From: Phallusia mammillata
Lineage: Eukaryota
Direction: 5' to 3'
DNA length: 64,000 nt
Assembly (NCBI GenBank): GCA_965637545.1
Contig: OZ281494.1
Location: 30,690,001-30,754,000 of the forward strand
Under the pieces are notes generated by a model that was not told the origin of the DNA, made no database searches, and saw only the letters and a program-made list of their open reading frames with translations. The position numbers and the translations under genes are program-made. Positions 39,832 through 52,300 of this stretch are shown here, piece after piece. The stretch's first letter is position 1, and every line of letters starts with the position of its first letter.

Positions 39832-40367
39832 GGGTAAGAAATACCAGCGGGCTTTCAACCGTTTAAGTATAAATATTTTTTATATTGCAAATCTTATAAA
39901 AGTTAAAACAAAATTTTAAAGCGTTTTAAATTTAAAAACGAGCTTGTAAATCCACTACAGTGACGCTGTAAATCTGTCAATCAAATCTCATACCATGGCG
40001 AGAGGAAAAGAAGAAAAAGGCAAACTTTTTTTCCGTTTTGTCTCGTTTTAGCGAGGACTGATTCAGTCTGCACGCGAAGCAGAAGCAGGCGGTTAGTTTG
40101 TTCTGTGTCATTATGCAGCGATTTGTAATCGATTTTTATGCGCGAAGAGAGTTCTAACGTGACCTAATTCTTTTGCCTTATTGTTACTGTTCAACGAGGC
40201 TAGTGTATTAGATTTTAAGTGTCTGTTAAGCTACACATTTTCTCGGGACGAATTTGAAAACGGTTTTAGGTCGCAGCAGACGACAGAATAATTTTCTGTG
40301 TTTTTTTGTCAGTGTCCATTAAACTCTAGATTGTGTGCCTTGTCGAGAAAAGAAGCAAGCTTGTGAT

Positions 40368-43300
40368 ATGGGGGATATTTTTAATGCGGAGGAAATAGGG
40401 ATTCCTAGAGAATTTACCCTCACCACAGGCACAAATGGACACAGGTGATTTAACATACTTTTTCCATAACTCATCCGTTTTTGTGGTAACTTTAGACAAG
40501 TTACGTTTGTTAGGAGCAAACTAAATTTGTATTTTTAATATTTTTTTAACTCTGTGTTTTTAACTTTTCATTTTTTTTCCAGTCGAAAGCTGAAATTTCT
40601 TATCACTGGGGGTTGTGGATATTTTGGCTTCAGGCTTGCAAGAACTTTACATCATCTAGGAGCATTTGTTACTATTCTTGACATTCAGTTACCCAAAACC
40701 ATAGAAAAATATCTTGACAACCGACTAAAGTTCATGCAGGTAATATTCAAATTGTGGCTTAGATTATTACCTAATCCAAAACCAAAAATATCACCTAAAG
40801 ATGAATCTAAATTCTGTTATATCCATTCTGGACAAATTTTTCTTTAAATTTTGTTAGTGTACAGCCATTATTAGATTTGGTGCTAATTTAATTGTATTTT
40901 TTCTCTAATTTTCAAGGGTGATGTAAGAGATTATTCTGCTGTCCTTAAAGCTTGCCAAGATATTGATTGTGTTTACCATGTTGCCTCATTTGGACTCAGT
41001 GGAAAAGACCAGGTATGAATAATTAAATTTTAATCCTTTTAATTTATAATGTAAAACCCTTCGAGAATTTTATATTTTGTTTTGTACAAAACAGGCTTTC
41101 TATGTGACAGTTAAAATGCAAAACAAACATCTTTTTTTATACTGTTTTGTGAATAAATACATGTAATTGCTACAACCTAAAAATGTATGTTACTGACTGA
41201 TATTTTTTGTATTTTTAGCTTGATAAGGGATTGAATGAAGCTGTAAATGTTGGAGGAACTCAAAACATCATCAAAGGTAACACACCACAATTTGTATGTA
41301 CAATAAACCTAATAGCCTACTTTTATGATAATTTTGTAACCCACATTTCATGCCTGTGACATTGGTGGTTGGGTTTTTTAGCAATCTAATTTACTGTCGT
41401 GCTACATTGGGTTCCCATGGCACCAAGGCATCATAGACTCATGCATTTTTAATGTAAACAGCTTGCCAAGAATGTGGGATAACCCGTCTGATCTACACAA
41501 GCTCGTACAACGTGGTCATGCAGGGGAAAGAGATATGTAACGGCACAGAAGACCTTCCGTATGGCGACCCGGAAAAGGTGCTCATTTATTATCACGGCGT
41601 AACTTCTGCTCAAAACCCCGCAACCATAGTAACGATAGCGCACCAGCCCACATAACAGCCTGTAACATTGTCAGTTAAATAACCATGGAAAGATTAATGC
41701 CTTCACTTAGGTTGAACTGTAGTGATTAGTATTAAGACTGCATGTAAAATCGCAGAATTAAAACTAAACCAGTTAAAACATGTTAAAATATTGTTGTTGT
41801 TTTTCCAGAAAAAATGGTGGTAGAAAAAATGTAGAGCGATTTTAAGATACAAATTTGAAAAATTTAAAAGTAAATTCATGACCCACTTTTTTACCGTTTT
41901 TATTACACTCTTTAAACCATAACAAATGAGAACCAATTATCTATGTACGCAAGGCATTGGACACGTAACCCAAATACGAGTATAAGCGGGCAATTAGGCA
42001 CTGCTTGAAACACTCTATTTTCCCCTAATGCCCTTTAATAACGTATTACTGCGCGCAGATGGTGGATTATTATTCCTCGACAAAACTGAGAGCGGACAAG
42101 CTCGTAGTGAAAGCAAACGGATCGTTGGTAGCCGGTAAGTGTTCAACCTAATTGCTAATCGAAGCAAGGATTTATTGAGTTTCATTCATTACCCTTGTAG
42201 GCCATTGCCGTAAGACGACAAAGCAATTTGCTTTGCGGCTGATTGGTTCGTATAGCTTTGTGGCCGTTGAAATGATATGGCATATTTTTGATGTTGTGTA
42301 GGCAAAGTTTTCGTACTATAAGGGTCACTACAGCTTGCCAGGAAGAAATCTTAAAAACAAAATAACTGTGTGTTTTTCGAAGCAAAAACTGAATCTGAAA
42401 TGAGAGCGTATATGGTATGTATTAAACCAACATTATAAAGCTGTGGCACCAACACAGAATAAAAAAAACTGTCTAACAGTTACCACAGCTCGCCAAAAAC
42501 ACACAAAGATGTCGTTGACAGATTAACTGTGTATTTTCAGCAGATAAAAAACGAATACCAAATTGGAACGTATTTGGAATATTAAGCCAACATTTCGTAA
42601 CGTAGAACCAAGAAATTTCAACAACTTATATCAGGTCGTACAGCGCAATTCTAAACATGATTAGTTTCAGATTAGTTTATTTCCAACACCTAGCCTACTG
42701 TTTCAACACAAATTCACAATTCAGGGCTTTTATCCCCCTCTCTCTCTCTTTCTCTTGAAATTTGAAATCCAAACCGTTCTCCTTCACATAGCTGTATGGC
42801 GCAGTTTATTTCCCGACAAACAATATGCGCGATTTGAGTGCTCATTCAACGGTGATTCATTTTTGAATCATCGATATTTCATGACCAAAGTTTAAAAGTT
42901 TGCCCTGAAATCATCGCTTTTTACAGTCAGTCTTTTATCGCACCGCGAGATCGTAATATTGCGCATACGAACGTAGTGAAATACCAAAACAAAAGCGATG
43001 TTATTTTGTGCATCTCGCTGGTGCAAAAATGTAATTTGCTGTCATACATTTTCAAAGGTATATTTTGAAAAAGACATTCTAAGCGTTTTAATGTAAGTAT
43101 GGAACGATTTCATGTTAAGAAAGCTGCAAACAGTGTCTCATCAATTCAGCTGATAACAAGACATTGTATAACTTACTCCAATAACAAAGTTACACACATT
43201 AATTCTATTAGTATAAACTTCAGATAATTAAGCAAATTTTCAGTATGTACTATAAGTTTAATGTAATTAAGCATAAAAACACAACACCTTTACGAGAACA

Positions 43301-46300
43301 ATACAACAAAACGTGTAATGTTAAATAGGTCACGATTACAAGATGTTGCATAACTTTGTATGCAACTGAACAAGTCGAACCAGCTGAACTGGTGTGTGTG
43401 TGTGCTTCAACCGGCTTAACCATCCACTTCGCCACCACAATACGCCGCACTCTTATCAGCCACCACTTAAAATCGACCCATCTGTTTGGCCGCACAACGC
43501 ACGCTGTGGTTGAATGTAAACCGTGTTACTTTTATTCCCGGACGCTTATCTATTTGTTTTGTGGTTTATTTATGCTGTCAAGTTTAAATTATTATATTGG
43601 TTGAGATGATTTTGGATTTCATGCAAGTTAAAAATGCCCATTTTAATGCGGCTCGTTTTTGAAAAGTTCGCATTTCAGATCTTAACATTTTAATTGTTTG
43701 TAGGCGTTTGTAGGTCTATCAGAAATTTTTGTGGTGTATAATGACTTAAATACACGTAAAAACGCATGTGTTATTCCTAGACATTGAAAATGCCATTATG
43801 AACGATATAATCTATTTGGGAATCTATGCACATCACAATTCGTATGAACAGATCGGTGTAAAGTGTTTCTAAATCTTTTCCATTTGTTTACTATTTAAGT
43901 CCAATGCATGTTTTGTCATTTTCAAAATTGATGTCAAAATTTCTCCACCTAAATGTGTTTACAGCTAAAATAAACTGCCCTCCACGCAACAGCAAAACCC
44001 ACTTCCACAAATGCGTCTGTCCCAATAGAAAAGGAAACCAAGTTAATCATTTTCAGGATATTGCACACCGGCACATTGGCGAAGGTTTCCTTTAAAGCCG
44101 AAACTCTTCAAATTTTAACATTTGTCGATTGTTAAGAAAGATTTTATCGTTACGACTGCGTTACTTTTCGCCAGGTAGTTTTGTAATTCAAGGGCAAAAA
44201 GGTTGAAATTGTATGCACTATTAACCCGTGTCACACGATTTGAATACAATTTGTATTCATCAACCAACGTCATCTAACACCCTGAAGCGTTGTGATTACA
44301 AACAAGAACGTAACATAGATTACGCGTTGACATTTCCGCCATTCACGTTTTTGTATCAAACAACAACATTGACACATCCATGTGAAGCACTACTTAAATT
44401 TCACTGTTTCTGGTAAAGTGTCTAAAATCTACTTTTTCCATCATAACTTGTTTAACAGAACAGCATACCAAAACCTGCTATAATGTCTTGTTGCAGAGTT
44501 GTAGGTCGGATCGGGCTTCAATTTGATTAAAACGGGCTTGATTCGGGCCTGGCTTCACACTAGGCCATATTTGTGTCGTAATTTCACCCTTGATAGATAT
44601 TACTTATTCGGGTTTAATTTTCAAAAAAAATCAGCCGGATTTCGGGCTTGTACTTTCCGTTTCGTGCCCACTTACACCTCTGGCTTGATCAAACATGAAC
44701 TAATAAACAAGTCTTGTTGCCCTAATGACAGGACAGATATGGTTAGTAAGGTCTGTGCGTGCGATCTTTAAACATTTAACGTCTCTTACTGAACCCCTTC
44801 GCGGAAAAAACCCTTCGAGTAAAATTTAAACTTGTTTGTCCCTTACGGTAAAGAGGAAGCACTGTATTTTAACAAGTGTAGCCATTTATCACACGCTAAA
44901 GTATACCTGACACCGTGGTCGTTTTATTATTCAGGGGGTTCCCAGCTCTCAACGTGCTGCCTCCGACCAGCTGGTATTTTCGGGCCGGGCGAACGGCGAC
45001 ACATCGACAGAGCTGCGGTAAGTGGTTCAGCTATTTCCTTTGTGCCACGCTCGCTCAACGCGTTTTTTTCCCTGCGGTTTTATTTGAACTCTGAATTCCG
45101 AAGTCGGTTTAGTGTGTACAAAGTTTAAGTAGGATACGGGGCGTGCATTTATCACGTAACAGGTGCCTGTTGTGATGTAGAGGCCTTTTTATAACCCAAT
45201 GGTGCCCAACCCTTTTCGACGAATTTCTCCCTTAACAATTTAAAACAATCTGAGCAAAAAAATCAGAGCCAATATGTTTGTGTAGAGCAGGGGTTCTTAA
45301 ACTTTTTCGGTCGCGCCCCACTTGACACATTTATTTATTCTCACGCCCCCCTAAAAAACGTTAGCACTGATGATGCTTGTCTTGTGTTTTTTTTAAAAAA
45401 AACAACATACATCGTAGGTCCGCCTTTAAGCTACTGTCAAGTTAGTTCCAATCGTTAGAAAAGGCCACTTCAACGCTGATAAGTTGCGAAGTTTTTTTTT
45501 GCTCGGGCACTGAGCCACGTTGTCAGTATTCGTATAAACTACGCATATGTTGCCCAGAAATTGTTGATTCACTCAAAGTCAAGGCAATCTCTAAAGCGAA
45601 ATTGCGAATAAATAAAGAATGTACAGCCGACTATATACTACAGGGGTCACCAAACTACGGCCCGCGATCCCATTTATTAGGTTTGCCAAAACGTATTGAT
45701 AACTTTGTTACTGTCAAAAATTAATCTACACCTTACGAAAGTTTACTGTTCCGACATGCAAAATTAATATTACCGACTTTCATAATATTGCAATGCCCAG
45801 GATTGACCCAAAGCCAGTTTATTACGTCACAGACAAAACAAAAAGTGTTAATTGTGCGCAAACAATTGCCTTATTGTGTTACTTGTGACGTAATATACAA
45901 GCATTTCTTGTAAGATGAGATTAACTATACAATTTAATAGATTTTAAATGGTTTTTCTAAAAGATCATATCTTGGCGCCCCTATAAAAATCGCCCCGTGG
46001 GCTAAGTTTGAGAAGACAGCACTAGGGCATGTAAACTGTGCCGCACGCGCGAATAAACGTTTTCGGCCCGCAGTGGAAAAAAGTTTAGATAGTACTACTG
46101 GACATCCATTTCATAGTAATGAGCGTTTGCTTTGCTGCCTAATGAAGCGTTAACTTTGCTGCCATAATGTGCTGCGCCCCCCTTACAAACCCTTCACGCC
46201 CCCCTTGGGGGGCGCGCCCCCCAGTTTAAGAACCCCTGGTGTAGAGCATAACTACGTTTCGACAAGTACTATTGTCATCGTCAGGTCATTGGCTCTGATT

Positions 46301-49300
46301 TTTTTGCTCAGATTATTCAAAACCGTGAATAGTGTACCTAAATTTAAAACAAATTCATTCATTCCTAATATACTCCATAGTAGATGCTAAACCATACAAA
46401 TATTATTATTTAAAATTGGGCCTTTTATTAACTTCACAGGTCATATTTCCTAAGCTATAGTGTCTATTTACAAACCGCATGTAAAAACTAGGAAACCACT
46501 GGTTTAGTGTGTACAAAGTTCAGGCACGATAATGGTCGTGTAATCATTACGTGTCAGTCGCTGTTGTGCTGCAGAGGCCGTTTGCCAGACAATAACAAAC
46601 TTATGCAATCTCTTAACATATTAACCATGATGTCACATTAGGTATTGTGATAGAACAACTTGTTTACGTGGCATTGCTGTCGTGATGTTTGTTCTGTGGC
46701 CCAGAAACGTCGCAAACACAGTTTTTGTACCGGTTTTGATGCATTATATCAATGGTTCTTAACCTTCTACTGATCTCGTACCACCTCAAGACTTCATATC
46801 ACTACGTACCACGACTATCACCTAAACCCTGTTTGTATGGATGGACCAAAAGATAGGCCTATTCTTCTATACAAGGCTAATATGTTTCTGAAACCAGCAA
46901 GGTTAACAATTCTAATAGAATGTCCATGGCACGTGTTTTGCCCAAACCATGGCTGATGGTTTGGGTTAGTTGAGTTGCATTTTTGTATCTGACTTGAATT
47001 AAGTATAGCAGAAAGCTGTAACCACGTACCACTTAAAACGATTGTAGTTTCCTCAGGTTAACGTATTGAGTTGTGTTTATGTTTATCGCGCAAATGATAG
47101 TAAGCGTTAAAACTAGTTGGTAAAAGTATTCGTTTTCTGATGAAATACATTTGTAAAGCAGCTTGTTTTTGCATAAGCTGCAGTTAAAACTTCCCTTGAT
47201 GTCAGCTTTCCCAGCAAGCGCAAACACTAGGGATTTCCACAGCGGGTAAAGCTTTGGGACTTCCTTATGCCAAGTGACTCTCTGAATCCGGTTTTAACCA
47301 GTCTATAAGCCATCCATCACTGTTTTGCCTTAACATGAGTTGTTGTATTACCTACCGCCCTACACTGATTGAACAGATGGGTTTTGTATGGTAAATCTGT
47401 AATATTTTTTCGGCTCTGCAGTGATGAATTACTGCTGCAGGTGGATAGGTCATTGTGTTGTTTGAGAAACTGGCATTTTCTACAAAGCGACCATGCTAAA
47501 TTTTGACACCTACGTGATGTGAAAGATCCTCGCAAATTGAGTTGGCAGCCTTTTAATTCATTTTTTTGGCAGCAAGTATCTACATAACCAAATAAAAACA
47601 TATGCGCGATTTTACAGATATCTGCTTTCTAGTTTACGAGTAATTCTTTTCAATCTGATTTTCGGTGCATTCAAAAATATTATTTACCCAAGCTTTAAGA
47701 ATAAATATGCGCCTCTCTAGTCTAGACGCCATAACGTTGTCTTTGTTATCTAGTATGTACTCTTATTCCGCAAGCATTTCTGTTAACTTTTCGTGATCTC
47801 AAAATTACCGGGTATTTGTGAATTCGTTCTGCCGTGAACAGCACTATTTGTATGCTGTAATCGCTCCGATAACTTTACGCCGAAACTGTACGAGTCGGTG
47901 AGAGCCACGCCCACTTTTTTCCGGACACGCCCCCTCACCGCCCACGCCATTATTCCAATCACATACTTTGTTGCCAAACTCGTACATGCTGTGATTGGTT
48001 TTAGATTGTTTCCGTGTTGCGTTTGGTTCATTTCGCCTGGACCCCGCCGTTATGTTTGTTTGCTAACGGATATTGCCCTGTGTTTGTGCGTGTTGAAACG
48101 TCGTATGCAGGAAGTTTAGAAATAGCTCTGTGCTAACGTTTCCGTTGTCCGACTTCCAAACACATTCATCATGCACTTAAAAGTTATTGGAAACACATGT
48201 CGCCCATTAATCTTGTGGCAAATTAGCGAAAAAAATGTGGATTCTTTTCCAAAAAATCGAAATGAGAACGTTCTTTGTGTTTGGTATGAAAAAACTTCAA
48301 TGTAATTTTTAATAGTGACGTCACGATATGACGTGTGGTATGTCATCATTGATATATGCCAAGTTCAGATAAGTCTCATAGGTTGTCTCATGTCACGTGA
48401 CATTTTTCTTGATGAAATTTTCATATCTCAAATGTTCTTTAGTGTAAACTTTAAGCCAATGGTTTTTACACCATTTCTGATCACGCGCAATTCCTTAAAA
48501 TGTAAGAATCGAGTTTTCTTCCGCCGTTGAGCAAGAAAACGGTCACTCAGTATGTCCATACGTTCCAACGTCTAACATGAAAGTACATTAAACGTCCTTT
48601 CAGTATCATTATGTTATTTTGTTTGCGTGTAAACGAAATGTCACTTGTCATAAGACCTCCGTTTGTTTTTGTCATATGTGTGTTTAAATGTGTTTAAATA
48701 TGGTCATAGCCTACTTAAACATAATCCCGTATCAGTGCATAGAACTTGTTCTCATGTAATGACCAATACGATTGAGGAAATGAGTTTCCGTGTTTCAGGT
48801 CAAATAAAACACGTTATTAACCAACGAAAGTGACTCATGGCAAACTTACTAACGCAATACAATGGAAGTGGAAAGGAAACGCCCATGTTATGAACCAATA
48901 GACAATTTCCGCGATACCCGATCTGATGGCATTGATGTTCACAATCGCTTCACTGTTTTGACCGTATATTGTTAGCGAATTTCGACGAGATTGTATATAT
49001 GTGTACATATTAAGTTCTGCCCAAACAAGTGTTATTATTACAAAACAATATTTGATTTTTGACCTGTGTCCAAAAAACCACTGGTCCAATAAATAAATTT
49101 CTTGCGCTGAACACCGGTTGAAAATCACTGCCTTATGGCATACATCTAATTTACACTGAACGATATTAGGCTCCGATAAAGGCTACGGATAGTATAGATT
49201 TCTTTTAAAGCGTTTACGTACAAAAATACATTGTTTGCAAAATGTTTTGCTGATAACAGTACCCACGATTTAATACCGAAAGCCAATATGCTATATCAAG

Positions 49301-52300
49301 ATTAGTACAGAAGTACAAATCTATATGCACATAAAATCGATGAAATTTGAAACGAAAGGCTGTGCGTTGAAGTGAATGATTGTAATATATATCGGCCTGA
49401 TATTGATGACACAATTTCCTGTACGACTTTGATTGGACTGAGTGAGGTGCGAGGCTGTTGTGACCCTATATAACTATATTTGTTCACAAGTAATTTGTGC
49501 GTTTGTTTTTGCAATTTTAACTGTTTTTTTTACGCACGATTGTGGCGTCTAAGGACCTATTAGAAAACAAGGGGGTTCAAAAAATGCTAGAAAGATTATG
49601 TTTTTGCGTTTTTTTGTGTGTAAACAACCTTTTTAATACTTTGATTTTCTGTGAGTTTACACATCACAGGGCCTATTGTTACCTAAATTGTATCCCTACG
49701 TGACATTTATGTTTGTTTCATAACATAGTTACGACATCCACATGATTTGTGTATGGGTTAGAAAATTGGTTACCAACCGGGGAGGAATTTTAGAACTTGA
49801 GGGGGAATTTACTTGAAATCTGGAATGTGGTTTGCAAATAGACACTTTTGCTCCGGAAATATAACCTGTGAAGTTGATAAAAGAACCGATTTTTAATGAC
49901 GTTTGCATGGTTTAGCATCTACTATGTAGTCTTTTGGGAAAGGAATAAAAATATTTTAAATTGTTAAGTAAGGAATTTGTCAAAAAAGGTTGGGAACCAC
50001 TGTTTTTTTCCCTATACAACAATCCACTCGACTAATTTATTACCATTGGGGCTAACTTTAACACAATTTACATCACATTGTAACTAAATGCCAACTTGTT
50101 TTTATGCCGAGAACGTATAGGTATATGCTTGCCAAACAGTTTGATATATCATTCCAAAACGCATATTATGACGTATAAATAAGACTTTGTCCTAGGGCCG
50201 GAACTGTCGACATTCTGTGACATTTATGTACATTTGCGGCATTACACGATAATTGTGGAAACCTAGCCGTTTACGTTGTGTCATTGCACGTTGCCTATAG
50301 TTAGCAATAAAATTTGCTGCAGTTGTTGTACTGCTTGAAACTATATTTTAGTGTATGCTGGAAGCCCATCTTTAATCGATAAAGCTAAACTAGTTTCTTC
50401 TTTAATCGATAGAGCTTTTTCGCTTTAATCGATTCGCTGGTTTGTTTACTGTTTACGTTGTAATCAATTTTTCCATATACTCGTATCATATTGTACACAT
50501 ATCGTTGTATCATAAACATATTTTTCCTCAAATCGGCAAGCCTTTAGCAGTAAAGTCTGTGTACTTTGTGTAGCCGTTACCAATCATACAACGCCCCTCT
50601 ATGGCGTTTGGGAACACTATATTCATGTAGCAAGGCTGTATTTTTCGTTATGCTACATTTACACATAAATAGTGCACTCCAATGCGTTTGGGAATGCGTG
50701 CAAACTACCTTTGTACATTGAGGACCACTGTGTTATATGTGCGCCCTCGTATTGGATGACGTTTCACTCATAGCATACATTTTTTGGGACACTAACCCGT
50801 AAGTTCAAGCCTGGACCCGATTTTTCGTTTTAATTTTCCCCGAATTCACAGACAGTGGACACTGTTCCGACCTATAAGGTCTCATCAGTACAGCTGGTAA
50901 CGAGAGATCGGCCGGATGTGCCAATGTAGCCATCTTACGACATTCCAGTTTGTTGAGAGCAACAAGCTAAAAAGCCATGTCTCACCAACCCAATTAGGAC
51001 CAAACGTTGGTAAAAATGCGGTACAAACAATGCTAAGTTGATAGTCAGGTCAGAATCAAGCCCTATTCAATCAAACTTAAACCCGAACCCGACCCGACTT
51101 ACAACGCTGGCGCGAGCAGTAAAGGAACTTTAGGATGTAACCTTGTTACCACGTTTCACGATTTTGACCGAACCACCCCCACACACACATATGCACATAT
51201 TTGCATAATTGCCGGGTGTTTCCTCAGACCTGTACGCAGCCTATGGTGTTCCAAATCGTCGACGGATTTACGCCCAGAGTTTTTAATGTTAAACGCACCC
51301 GCGGGCGACGGAAAACGCTGTCATATTGTCACTTTGCGTCCCACTCTTATAACGTGAAATTGTTGTGTCAGCATCGCTTGTACTATTTGACGTGGCGAAC
51401 TGATACTGTAACGGATGTCTTGCTGATTGATAAATGTCCACAACGAACATACGATTTGACTAATGTTGTTTGGTATTTCTCGACCGTTAGTGTGAATGCT
51501 GGCAACAAAATATATACATTGGATATTTTTCTTCCCTAAAAATATTCGTTTTTTTACAAATTCAGATTGAAAACTGAGTGTTAAAAATTCACTATGTTGA
51601 TTTCTTCATTCTTAGACCTATAAACAACTATAGCATTTCCTTCTTGAGGGTTTTTAAAGTGTGGTCGTTAAACTATGAAAAATCCCTGTAATAAGTCCAC
51701 CAAAAACCTTTTTAAACACCATTTAAGTAAGGCATAGTCAAAGGACACACCATTTAAAAAACGTATATTTCAACACACTAGTATTATAGAGTGGCGTATT
51801 TTTCAATTTCGTTCCTGTTTTCAGGCCATCGTGGAAATGAATCTTGTGTTCGTGAAGATTGGTGATGCCATTGTAGACTGGGTTCACGTTAATAATCTCG
51901 TTCAAATCCACCTGCTTGCATTACCAGCCCTGTCATCTGCCAACAACAGCATTGCGGTGAGTTGCAACTTTTACAATCTAGCTATGTTGACCCCTGACGC
52001 CAGAAATTGTATTTATAGCTTATCTATATGAGCAAAATTCCGGACGGTTTTAATAAGTATCTTTGGCGACACCAAACTTGTGTTACAATGCATTGTATAG
52101 CATGTTGTTACACGTTACCAACCCAAAGAGTGCTATTTTTGATAAAATATCATCACTATTACAGAGACAAAAAGCGCAGTTTTACAACATGCGGTCTATT
52201 TAACAAAGCAATGTTAGCTTTCAAGAGTTATTTCGCATAAATGAACGCGGGTGCATCGTGAATCAAAATTAGCACAGACAATCTTTATGGAATAAACATT

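Noticed and set aside
47820-47860. Sequence resembling miR-93 on the minus strand
   Set aside because: Seed region does not match and no convincing precursor hairpin is present.
50872-51200. Antisense nested gene starting with a GTAAGT donor at 51102 and Kozak ATG at 50933
   Set aside because: The donor is part of a transposon TIR and the exon lies inside that element; downstream donors are weak. Kept only as the Pack-element finding.
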